From: Patescibacteria group bacterium
GTDB lineage: Bacteria; Patescibacteriota; Gracilibacteria; BD1-5; UBA2023
Length of the DNA: 62,715 nt
Reading direction: 5' to 3'
Assembly: GCA_031539165.1 (NCBI GenBank)
Contig: JAVKLK010000034.1
Location: forward strand, 1 to 62,715
The notes under the pieces are model-generated. The model saw only the letters and a list, made by a program, of their open reading frames with translations. It made no database searches and was not told the origin of the DNA. The translations under genes were made by a program, and so were the position numbers. Shown in pieces: positions 36,704 to 47,363 of this stretch; the stretch's first letter is position 1, and every line of letters begins with the position of its first letter.

Positions 36704-36711
36704 CATCCGCA

Positions 36712-38910
36712 ATGGCGAAAAAAAGTAAAAAAACCAGAACTACATGGAGCTTCGAGCTCAAGAATGTTATCGCAGGATGGACACTACTTTTTTTGTGCGT
36801 ACTTGTCTTTTTGGGGGATTCTTCCTCTTTGGTTTGATCCACTCTTGAAAAAGTGCTCACTTCTCTCTTCGGATGACAGTATAGGGCAATATTCATCGTA
36901 TATGCTTTGCTCGCAATAGGGATTGTAATTGGAAAACTTGCCTGGAATAGTGTCCGAATTGTAGGAATTCTTCTCTATGGAATATCTATTACCTCTCTTG
37001 TTGCCGCTTTTAGTCCCTACTGAAATCACGGAGTTCTCGACTTTTCTCTTCTTTTCACTGGCTGGTTTGGAAGAACGCCGATGATTCTTGCTTTTTTGGG
37101 AGGATTTCTCGTATCGCTCTACCTGATGCTTCGAATTAGTTACAGGCAAGTGCTTGCTGCAGTTCACTCCAAACTCCCGAGTGCTCAAAGTATGAAAGAA
37201 ACGGTTTCCAGTTTCCGTCGTGAAGTACAGGAGTCGTCACCGAAGAATGATTCTAAATTAGAAGCGAGAAAACGAGAGCTTGAAGAAGAGCGTGAGCGGA
37301 TTCAGAAACTTCGCGAAGCAGAGAAACTTGCCGAAAAACCAATTTCCCATGCCGCCGTTTCTGCAGGAGTTCAACATGTTCCCATTCAGAAGAAAACGCC
37401 ATCAGGAGTTTTGAGTGGATTGTTTCGTTCAAATGAATCACCAGTGGAGGCAGATTCGGGAGTGAGCCATAATAAGACTCCTGATTTTGGTCAGTGGCAG
37501 ACTCCTCCTGTAACCCTTCTCCATGAAGTGAAACATATCGCTACGGTTTCTGATGCAGAAATTGCTGAAAAATCGAACGAAATTGAGACAACATTGCTGC
37601 AATTTAAGATTGGAGTCGAGATGCGATGACAAAAAGTTGGTCCTACCGTCGTTCAATACCGACTTGAGCCGAACGATGGGGTGAAACTTTCAAAGATTGA
37701 GAACTTAAAAAAAGACCTCACACTTGCGCTTAAGGCAAAATCTATTCGAATACAGGCTCCTATTCCAGGGTTGGGTCTTGTGGGAATTGAGGTTCCCAAT
37801 GATAAACGGGATATGATTGGAATTCGGGAAGTGCTGGAACATCCGAATTTCATTGCCGCAAAATCCAATCTGACTCTTGCAGTCGGGAAGGATATTAATG
37901 GGGATTATATTGTTGGAGACCTCGCTAAGATGCCGCATCTTCTTATTGCTGGTCAAACTGGATCGGGAAAATCCGTGGGAATGAATGGTTTTTTGGTGAG
38001 CTTGCTCTATAAGAATTCTCCCTCGGCGCTTCGAATGATTTTGATTGATCCAAAGCGAGTTGAGTTGGGGATTTATAATGGAATTCCTCATCTACTCACG
38101 CCAGTTATTAACGAGCCAGATAAGGCCCTCAATGCTCTAAAGTGGGCAGTTGCCGAGATGATTCGCCGATACGACTTACTCAATACTACAAAAGTAAGAA
38201 ATCTCGCTGAATATAATGCAAAGGTAGGACGGAAGGATGCCATGCCAAATATCGTAATCGTTATTGACGAGTTGGCGGATCTTATGATGAGTGGGAATAA
38301 AAAAGAAGTAGAGACAACGATTGCTCGTATTGCCCAAATGGCACGAGCGGTGGGGATGCACCTTATCGTTGCGACTCAACGACCATCAGTTGATGTCATC
38401 ACGGGCCTTATCAAAGCAAATATACCTTCGCGAATTGCCTTCACGGTTGCATCTTTGATAGACTCTCGAACGATTCTCGATCGAATGGGGGCGGAGGATT
38501 TATTGTGAAATGGAGATATGCTCTATGCTCCATCTGGCTCTATGTCTCCAGAGCGTATTCAGGGGGTGTATGTATCGACTGAAGAAGTTGAATCAGTGGT
38601 GAACTACGTCAAACGAACCATTGATCCTGCCATGCTGGAGGATATTTACGATGCTTCCATCGTAGAAGGGGACCGAGGAAATTGGTCGGGATCCGCTGGT
38701 GGCGGTGGCGCGGAGTGATTCGATGAAGATCCAAAGATTGTCGAGGAAGCAGCTCAGTTTGTTCGTTCTGCGGGGAAGGCGTCAACTTCTATGCTTCAGC
38801 GGAGAATGAAACTTGGGTATTCGCGTGCGGCAAGAGTAATGGATATTCTCGAAGAAATGGGCGTTGTTTGACCGGCCGACTGAAGTAAACCGAGAGAGGT
38901 TATCGGGTAA
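36712..38910 (+). CDS. ftsK: DNA translocase FtsK (N-terminal TM domain, linker, motor, gamma domain)
   Basis: N-terminal TM helices in frame 1 from the ATG at 36712 (3 TGA before 37081). Motor motifs LIAGQTGSGKSV, IVIVIDELADLM and VATQRPSVDVITG. Gamma domain [38 protein letters not shown]. The stop is TAA at 38908. Confidence 0.92.
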
Positions 38911-39481
38911 ATTTTCCTCCTGAAATTCGTAAGAGAGGAGTGGGTGGTTGACTCGTTCACTCAGGAGTTTCCATTTCGTATTCATGATACGGATGGCGCA
39001 CCTCTACAGAAATCTTACAAAAGTACACGACTGCTTGAGCGAGGAATCGATTTTTTGTATAGTGATAGCGCTCTCCCATATGAGAAGCATAGAGTATGTC
39101 ATCAATACCGAGAGATTTCAGGAGCTTGATTTGTGCGCGGGCTTCTTTGCCATTTGCTCAGAGGTCAAATCCGTATACTCCATATTTTACTCCTCAGACA
39201 ACGGTTTCATGAGGGAGATTGTAGAGTTCTGGGAGTTCAATAGCACGGATTTCGTGAAATTTTTCTGGAGAAATTCCCGATCGCATTCCAAGTGGAATGA
39301 TTTGTGCCACATGGTGACGCACTGCTGTTTCTTCTTGTGCAGCATGTGTCCGAGGCTTCACGGGGAATGATGCTGGCACGACTTGCTCTGAGGGGGACAT
39401 GTTTCCCGGAGACGATTCAGGAACGCGAGGTGTCATGGTTGGAAGGAGATAATTCGGGATATTGTACGCGTTTGGTCGCAT
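38900..39481 (-). CDS. Hypothetical protein (193 aa)
   Basis: The minus-strand frame is open from the ATG at 39481 to the TAA at 38900 through TGA at 39194, 39158 and 38957. The opposite strand is also open under table 25 but has a composition that does not look like coding sequence. The family is not recognised. Confidence 0.4.
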
Positions 39482-39545
39482 TGTCAAGAATCCCTATTTT
39501 ACCAACTCTTCTTGGTTTTTTTGGGGAGCCAAGTACAATGCTCTC

Positions 39546-40244
39546 ATGAAAAAAGTCGATCTTCGAAAGATTCAGATTCTCAAAATAATCGTTGAAGAGT
39601 ATATCAAGACGGGGGATATTGTCGGCTCAAAATCACTCCTCAAGAAGCATGAAATGGGGGTTTCTAGTGCCACTATTCGAAATGATATGGCTTCTCTAGA
39701 AAAGATGGGGCTTATTTTTCAACCGTACAATTCGGCCGGAAGACTCCCAACTCCAAGAGGAATACGAGTATTTGTGGACTATCTCATGGAGTTCATGCTC
39801 CCTCAATTTATCGAGGCGGAAAATGAACTGATAGAGAGACAAGAAAGAGAAAGAGTAGACGATAGGCTCTATTCTCTTGTGGCAAGTCTCACAAAGGCTA
39901 CAAAAGAAATTACTTTCTGATCCATTCCTGGGCTCGGGGCAAACTATTACCTCGGCCTCACGAATTATCTCGAGAAAAATACTCCTCTTCTCGGAAATGA
40001 AGTGTACAATGTCATCAAAGTGCTTGAAAATAAACATCATTTTATTGATCTGCTTCGAGACTTGGATGTTTGACGGAAGGTTTCGGTTTTTATAGGAGAG
40101 GAGAATATTATTCCTGAACTGGAAAGTTCTGCCATGATTGTAAAAAAAGTTTCAATAGAAGGGGAAGATGCATATATTTGAATGCTCGGGTCTCTTAAGA
40201 TGGATTACGCATTCAATATAGCGGCACTGAGAAATATTTTGTAA
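39546..40244 (+). CDS. hrcA: Heat-inducible transcription repressor HrcA, unusually short (232 aa)
   Basis: N-terminal wHTH ..IVGSKSLLKKHEMGVSSATIRNDMASLEKMGLIFQPYNSAGRLPTPRGIRVFVDYL and C-terminal ..LGSLKMDYAFNIAAL. Three TGA. Confidence 0.8.
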
Positions 40245-40255
40245 AAACATAGCGC

Positions 40256-41515
40256 ATGCTTTCGATTCAAGGAGGACAAAAACTTTCGGGTTCAGTACAT
40301 ATTTCTGGTTCTAAAAATGCCGTTGCTCCAATTATTGGGGCAGCACTTCTTTTTGATAAAGCAATCCTGCATAATGTACCCCGTATTGGCGATGTTTTTA
40401 ATTTGCTTGAAATTATCAAAACACTCGGAGTATCAGTTATCTTTGAGGGAAATGATCTCACGCTGGAATGGCTTCATCCGAGCGATACGGAAATTGATCG
40501 AGAACGCATGAAGAAGATTCGTATTTCCATACTTTTGCTTCCGGCTCTCTTGCAAAAATTCGGTCGGGCAACATTCCCTTTTCCGGGGGGGTGTAATATA
40601 GGGAAGCGTCCTATTGGAGAGCATATTTCTGGACTGGTCGACTTGGGTTACACTCTTCAGACAACGGATGAGCTCTATACTCTTTCTGGTATGAAGCGTC
40701 AGGGGGAGGTACACCTCAAGGCGAATCGTATGGTTACTGCCACGGAGAATTTGCTTACCGCTTCCGTTTTGCGAGAAGGGGTTACGCACATTCATAATGC
40801 CGCATACGAACCACATGTCATAGACTTGGTGAACTTTCTGCGATCTGCTGGGATTGCTATCGAAACTCGGTATGACCATCGCATTATTGTTCAATGATGC
40901 TCATCCTTACCAAAACAAGTGGAGTACACTATTACGAGTGATTATCTTGAAGCGGGTACTTTTGTAATAATCGGAGCGCTTGCAGCGGAGTCTTTCATCG
41001 ATATCCACCATGCTGCTATTTCTGATTTGGATGCTTTTCTTGAGAGAGTTCATGCAACCGGTGTTGTGACGGAAGATAGAGGAGGGGATGTCCTACGCGT
41101 TTACCGGGCGCAACATCTCCGTCCGGTAGATATTCAGACGAATATATTTCCAGGAGTCCCCTCAGATCTCCAGTCACCGTTTGCCATTCTTCTTACTCAA
41201 GCAGAGGGGATGTCTCGAATTCATGAAGTGTTGTACGAGGGGAGATTTAGTTATCTCCTTGAACTGGAAAAAATGAAGGGGCATGTCGCAGTCATGAATC
41301 CCCATGAGGCCCTTATTTTTGGTCCAACTCCTCTTCGTGGGGCGACCGTTTCCAGTTGGGATCTTCGAGCTGGAGCTGCTATGATTATCGCGGGACTTAT
41401 CGCGCAAGGAGAGACTCGAATAACGAATGTTGAGTATATTGATCGCGGGTATGAAGATATTCTCGGAAAACTTCGAGGGTTATGAGCTCATATCGAAAAA
41501 CTTTCTGATCTATAA
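40256..41515 (+). CDS. murA: UDP-N-acetylglucosamine 1-carboxyvinyltransferase
   Basis: ISGSKNA, PGGCNIGKRPIGEH (catalytic Cys present), DLRAGAAMIIAGL and IDRGYE..KLRGL-G(TGA)-A. ORFs 40256 and 40919 are in frame. Confidence 0.92.
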
Positions 41516-41518
41516 TCT

Positions 41519-41713
41519 ATGAAAACGCTCGGTTCTATTTTGATTGTTGCTGGAATTATTATTTTTATAAAACCAGATATTGTTGCATACTGTATTGCAA
41601 CTATCTTCCTTCTTCTCGGTCTAAATCTGATAGGTATTACTTCTTTTTTCCAAAAACAAGAAGGGCAATCCTATCGGTTCGGGGACTACGAAATTCTCAA
41701 GCGCAAAAAATAG
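41519..41713 (+). CDS. Small two-TM membrane protein (64 aa)
   Basis: Uninterrupted ORF lying 3 nt after murA. It has two hydrophobic segments. Confidence 0.45.
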   Translation: MKTLGSILIVAGIIIFIKPDIVAYCIATIFLLLGLNLIGITSFFQKQEGQSYRFGDYEILKRKK

Positions 41714-41714
41714 C

Positions 41715-42677
41715 ATGTCCATCTTGGAAATTCTCGCTTCAGCACTTCTTGGATGCTTGCCCATCCTTCTCTGGGCGTATGTATTCTCATATTTTGATGG
41801 AGTAGAATTTCGAATTCACCGATTTATTTTTGGTTGAATTGCGGGGGCAATAAGTGTTTTGCCTATCGTATATGCATCCCGAATCTATGATTTCATCGGT
41901 ATGAATGGGTTTCTTCAGGTTTTGGGAAATGGGGCATATTCGCTCTGAGAATTTCTCCAGGCATATCTTGCTGGAATATTTCTTCCATTCTCTGCATTTT
42001 TTGCCGTACTTGTTTGTTTATCAGGAGCAATACTCTGGCAGGCAAAAAAACGAATAGGCTCAAGTATTGTTGGGTTTTTCTTTCTTTCCCTTTGTCTTGG
42101 TATAGTTCTTGCGTATGTCCCACCAATTGGAAGTGGAGACCTTTCGATTCAGGATGTTCACATTGGGGCATTCACCTCTATTTGTATAGTATATGTATTC
42201 GTAGCCTCTCTTGAAGAAGCCATGAAACATGTTGGTTCTTATGGATCTTTCTGAGTTCGAGTAGAGCAAAAAGAAGTACTTCTTTTTGCTGTATACAGCG
42301 CTTTGGGGTTTGTTTTTCTCGAGAATCTCCTCTACCTTACCAATATTGCTGAACATTCAGGGATATTGAGCGCTTCTTTTTTTGGCACTCTTGCCTCTCG
42401 ATCTATTGTATCGCTCCTCCTTCACGTCTTCGCTTCTCTTATTATCGCCCTGGGATTTCTTCGATATGCCACTCTCCCGAATATACGAACGGGAATTCAG
42501 TTTGCATGAGCCTTTCTTCTTGCGGTAGGAGTTCATGCGGTGTTTAATATTTCTCTTTCGTATGGCAAAGCGGGCGTTATCGCTTTGTACGCTTTTGTGG
42601 GATACTTCTTCTTTACGAAAGTCTTTTTTGATGAGCGTTCCGAATCTCAATCTCTCGAACCAGCACATTCTCTGTAG
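41715..42677 (+). CDS. prsW: PrsW-family intramembrane glutamic protease
   Basis: Multi-pass membrane protein with EEAMKH, GFVFLENLLY and HAVFN motifs. Four in-frame TGA. The stop is TAG at 42675. Confidence 0.75.
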
Positions 42678-43077
42678 AACGAATGAATACTTCTTTTGTC
42701 GGAATATAGGTATTGGCGAGTTTTTCGGACCACTCTACAATTTTAACGGCCGATTCATCGCAGAACATCTCTTCTCATCCGATTTGAATAAATGTGTCGT
42801 ACTCTTCGATTCTATAGAGATCAAAGTGATACCAATGCATTCATCCTCAGAAGGGGAGAGTATATTCCTGAACATACGTATAGGTAGGACTTCTTACGAC
42901 AACTGACTCAGGAAGTCCATACTTGCGAAGTAGGGCTCGTACAAGCGTCGTTTTCCCTGCACCAAGGTCTCCGTGAAGAAATATAATATCCCCTGGCTCA
43001 ATGGAAAGGGGAATGTCTCTGAGGTCGTCTTCGTATACAAGCATGCCCCTATGATAATCAGTCAAGAGAAACTGCAA
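42613..43077 (-). CDS. tsaE: tRNA threonylcarbamoyladenosine biosynthesis protein TsaE
   Basis: LHGDLGAGKTTLVRAL, SPTYTYV, HFDLYRI and IVEWSEK. Track ORF 42847..43077 extends through TGA at 42847, 42841 and 42775 to the TAA at 42613. The start may instead be the ATG at 43044. Confidence 0.85.
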
Positions 43078-43133
43078 GCCAATATTTGCGACCAGTGAGA
43101 ATACATGATAGCCTAGGAGTATAGCTTACTTTT

Positions 43134-43733
43134 ATGCACGATACATCTTCAACCGAAACCCTGAAAGATGCGGATTCTCTCCAAGAGAAAGCCTCTTCGG
43201 GAATGAGTTCCTCCAAGAAAACCACCTACATATCTGGGATATTTCTCCTGATTATCTGTTCTTTAACAGGGTTTCTTTTCTGGCAACAACGTACCATTGA
43301 AGCAAAAATACAATCGACTCAGTCACAGCTCTCGGAGTATCAATCAAAGATTACTCTGTTGAAATCAGATCCTCAAGTTCGAGCGTCCGAGATACTCGCT
43401 ACTCAGAAAGATGTCATTGAAAAGACTATTGAAAAATCCAACGCTGCTCGATATATCCGAGAACTCACTACTCTCAGTTCTCTCTATGGGGTAGCATTCA
43501 ATGGGTTTACCTTTTCTCAGAATAAAGTAAGCACCACTGCTGTAGCTCAGAAAGGACTCGATGATGATGCTATTCGAAAAATTATCCGCCTTATTGGAGG
43601 GTATCGTGAAACAAAGAAGGATATGATCTCATCTGGAACGGGAGGGCTCTCTCCATTCAAACTTGCCCCAGTACTTTCTGTTTCTGGAGATTCTGAGAAG
43701 CGAAATATTCATGTAGACTTCACCATTCAGTAA
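43134..43733 (+). CDS. Bitopic membrane protein with coiled-coil; possible PilN-like pilus alignment component
   Basis: One TM segment (ISGIFLLIICSLTGFLFW) followed by a coiled-coil. It is the first gene of the pilC/pilin block. The assignment rests on architecture and context only. Confidence 0.4.
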   Translation: MHDTSSTETLKDADSLQEKASSGMSSSKKTTYISGIFLLIICSLTGFLFWQQRTIEAKIQSTQSQLSEYQSKITLLKSDPQVRASEILATQKDVIEKTIEKSNAARYIRELTTLSSLYGVAFNGFTFSQNKVSTTAVAQKGLDDDAIRKIIRLIGGYRETKKDMISSGTGGLSPFKLAPVLSVSGDSEKRNIHVDFTIQ

Positions 43734-43734
43734 T

Positions 43735-44274
43735 ATGTCTGTCCCAAAACAATTTCAATCCACTTCTATCCCAGCGCTTGCACTTCTTTTTGCTTTTGTT
43801 GGAGTAATCCTCGGAATCACCGTGACGTATGGATTGTACACCGATACTCTTGCACGATCTTCGGAGCTTGCCACCCTTGAACAACAATTGAAAGAATCAG
43901 GAGAAATGCTCCAGAAACTTGATAGCCTAAAAACACAGGCCACTGCTCCGAAATCGGATGTGGCGAAGTATGTTTGAGAGTTTCGAGAAGATACTCTTTT
44001 GGAGAATGTCTTTGCCCTTGCGGGTTCTGGCACTCAAATAGAAGGTATTAGTCTCGATTCTGGAGAGAAACTTGCCTCAGGGATGACCCTTGTTTGAATC
44101 AATCTTTCTCTTCAAACACCATCGTTACAGGAGCTCCTTGCCTTTCTTGATTCAGCTACTGGTACGGCTTCTCCTCGACGTTTTGTAGTGCGTCAGGTAA
44201 GCTTCCCCTATGATTCCATGAACAATCTTCCTATCGCCGCAACCATTCAGCTTGGAATGTATTCTATCAAATAA
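43735..44274 (+). CDS. Bitopic membrane protein; possible PilO-like component
   Basis: One TM segment plus a coiled-coil, 2 TGA. The start lies 2 nt after the previous stop. The assignment rests on context only. Confidence 0.4.
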
Positions 44275-44280
44275 AATTTT

Positions 44281-45369
44281 ATGCAACGAGAGGTCCCAGA
44301 GATTCCAGTGTACTTCTGGAACTGAATTACTCTAAAAGAGAAAGCGGTTTTTTATGAACACCTTTCAAATCTGGTCGAAGGGGGAGTAACTCTTATTGAA
44401 GCGTTGGATTCTTTTTGCGAGAAGGTGAAAAATCCTCTTTTATACCGAGAGGTTTCTCAGCTCTTGCTTCTGATTGATTCTGGGGATGTCATGAGTACAG
44501 CAATGAAGAAACTTCCCCGTACTTTTGATAAATCTGAGATATCTCTCGTCGAAGCGGGAGAGCAGTCTGGAACTATGCAGCGTTCATTTACAAACTTGGC
44601 AGAAGATTTGCGAAATCGTGAGGAACTTCGACAGAAGCTGGTTTCAGCATTGACGTACCCAGCACTCATATTGGTGTTTCTTGCAGCAGCAATTGTTATC
44701 GTAATGCTTTTTGTTATTCCGAAGCTTCTTCCGCTGTTTGAAACAGCTCAAACAGCGCTTCCTCTCTCTACTCGATCACTCGTCGCAACCTCGAATTTCA
44801 TAGCAGAGCATTATCTTATAATTCTTTTCCTCCTCGTTGCTATTTCGGGATTTGGGTATGTGTATTTGCAGTCCTATTCCGGAAAAAGAATGTTTGATGA
44901 GATAGCCCTCAAAACTCCACTTATCGGGAATGTCTATAGAAACTACTGCATCGTACGAATTGCCACGACATTTGGACTTCTGCTTGGAGCGGGAATTCCT
45001 ATTATTAAGACGTTGCGACTTACGGGAGAGTCAACCAACAATGCTTTGTATGAGGAGGCTATCCAAAACGTGGCATCTTCTGTAGAAAAGGGAAATAAGA
45101 TTGCTGAGAGCTTCATTGCCGTGGATGAAAAGAACGAGCTATTTCCTTCTGATTTCATCCAACTCTTGGCTGCTGCAGAGAAGACCTCGACCATCAATAA
45201 AATATGTTCAAAGATTGCCACTCAGTATGCGCGCGAAGTTGATGCGGCAGTTGCAACACTGGTCAAATTTGTTGAGCCTACGGCAGTGCTTATTTCGGGA
45301 ATGTTTGTTGTATGGTTCGCATTTGCTATTTTTAGCGCGGTTCTCAAGATTACAGAAACTGTAGGATAG
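44281..45369 (+). CDS. pilC: Type II secretion system F family / type IV pilus platform protein PilC
   Basis: Two GspF-type repeats (..GVTLIEALDSF.., ..GIPIIKTLRLT..), LVEAGEQSGTM / LLAAAEKTSTI motifs and three TM segments. One TGA near the N-terminus. Confidence 0.85.
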
Positions 45370-45405
45370 GCTTTACTCCTCCCATTCCTCGGATACACTA
45401 CGGGT

Positions 45406-45969
45406 ATGTTGTGTACTCAGGGGCGACAAGCTTTTACTCTCATCGAACTATTAGTGGTGATTGCTATAGTTGGGTTTTTGTTTTTGTTTGCTATTGCGCC
45501 GTATACATTTTATTCAAATACTTCCAAAGTTCGCCTCTCGGTCGATAGAGTGGAGCAAGAAATGAGCAAGGCCAAGCTTCTTGTATCAACTGGCTTTGCT
45601 CCTCATGGGGCAAATGTAGATTTGGTTTTACGAATTGGGCAGGGGGCTTCTTCGATGACTCTTGATTCCATCCCAGTTTCAGCATCGGGGAGCACACCTC
45701 TTCCTCCTGGTGATCTTCAAAGAAAGTCTATTGATCGAGTTCCTTTGGATGCTCCGGTGCTTATTTCTGGTTTTCTTCTTTCTGGCGGAACTCCCACGAC
45801 TCCACCAACAAGTATTGATATAGTGTATCGATCTCCCAACGGAGCCATGGAAGTATGGGATAGTTCTTCAGCTGTTTCAACTCGAATAATCTCTGATATA
45901 CAGGGGGTAGTCGGAGTCAAAGGCGCCATGACTGGTTCTCTCTCTCGTTCATTTATGCTTCGAAAATAA
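45406..45969 (+). CDS. Prepilin-type N-terminal cleavage/methylation domain protein (pilin-like)
   Basis: MLCTQGRQ-AFTLIELLVVIAIVGFLF class III signal. Length 187 aa. Confidence 0.8.
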   Translation: MLCTQGRQAFTLIELLVVIAIVGFLFLFAIAPYTFYSNTSKVRLSVDRVEQEMSKAKLLVSTGFAPHGANVDLVLRIGQGASSMTLDSIPVSASGSTPLPPGDLQRKSIDRVPLDAPVLISGFLLSGGTPTTPPTSIDIVYRSPNGAMEVWDSSSAVSTRIISDIQGVVGVKGAMTGSLSRSFMLRK

Positions 45970-45970
45970 C

Positions 45971-46657
45971 ATGCACAGAATCTCTTGTTCTCGTCCTTGA
46001 TTCACCTTGGTGGAAGTATTGATAGCGGTTCTGATATTTGGTCTCGGCCTTATTGCAGCTTATACGCTCATGTATTCGGCAAATGCTCTCTCGTTGCGCT
46101 CCAAGCAGGAAATTATTGCTACAAACCTCCTCCGCGAACAGCTCGAGCTGGCAAAAAATGTTCGAGATACCAATTTCCTTGCTCTTCGTTCTTTTGATTC
46201 AATCCGAGGAATAGACCCCTCTTGTGGTACGGCGTGCACTCTGTCGGGATATGGAGTGTTTCGAACGCGCTTTACTGCAGGAGATTCTCCTGTTCAATTT
46301 GTCCGAGATATTTTTGGGTCGGGGAATTTTGGAGTATCACAAGCTCCAGCTTGGATGGATCCAGGCTTTGCTGCGCATAAGACTCTTGTTCTTGAAGAAG
46401 CACGAAAATCCCCTGTAGATACTCGGTTCCGATACTGCATTGATTCGCAATGACGATATGGATCTTGTGCGGGAGGAGGTGCGCCAACTCCCTACTATGG
46501 TTTCACTCTTATTCGCCCCTTGTCTACTCGAGACGATGCGACAGATGCTCTTGTGTCAGTCAATGGAGCCATTCGCGTAACGGCCTATTTTGCGACAACA
46601 GAGTGAGGGTATAGAGAACTGAGCATGTCGACGCTTCTTACTGATTTTAAGAGATAA
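45971..46657 (+). CDS. Prepilin-type pilin-like protein (228 aa)
   Basis: MHRISCSRP-G-FTLVEVLIAVLIFGL, with the -1 Gly spelled TGA (45998-46000). It extends through TGA at 46451 and 46604 to the TAA at 46655. Confidence 0.75.
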
Positions 46658-46662
46658 TACCT

Positions 46663-47358
46663 ATGCAAGTTCGGGCTCTCCATCGAGGATTTACTCTCAT
46701 AGAAGTAATCGTTGCCATTACTATTTTGGGGATTATTTTGACGAGCGTATTTCAGATTTATAGCCACATATCTCTGATGAGTAAGCGACTCGAAATGGCT
46801 CGATGACTTCAAGAAAATACTCGAAATATCACTCAAACTATTGCTCAGGATATTCGAGAAGGGGGTATTGCCTTTGAATGTTACGATCTAACAAGTCCTG
46901 TTCCGGGTTGTTCTGGGACTCGAACTACGGAATATACGGCAAGTGGGACAGATATCCTGATTCTTCGAGGTACGTCGACAGAATGTGCGTGAGGATGTTT
47001 CATCCAGTACTATCTGGCAAAACCGATTGTAACAGGATGAGAAGTAGCCTGTACCTCTACAGAGGCTGCCACGCCGGGGGCATGTTACCTCATACGAAGC
47101 GTGGTGAATGCGGGAGGAACGCAGGATTCGAGTACTCGTTTGAGCGATGCAGATACCTCTATCACACAACTGCGTTTTTATATCAGTGGAGTTGATGTAA
47201 ATCGTTTTGCCAATGCTTGAGATACGGAATGAAAAGTGACTCTTTCGTTCTTGCTTGCCATAGCTCCAAAGAGAGGGTTGGATCCAGAAACCGCTGCTCG
47301 ACTTACCATACCAGTACAGACGACCATTACTCAGAAGTTGTATAAAAGTAACTCCTAG
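46663..47358 (+). CDS. Prepilin-type minor pilin-like protein (231 aa, GspJ/PulJ-like architecture)
   Basis: MQVRALHR-GFTLIEVIVAITILGII. Several in-frame TGA. The stop is TAG at 47356. Confidence 0.7.
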
Positions 47359-47363
47359 CGCCC

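Noticed and set aside
39482-39545. CIRCE operator upstream of hrcA.
   Set aside because: Only a short CTTGG...CCAAG palindrome is present. There is no match to TTAGCACTC-N9-GAGTGCTAA.
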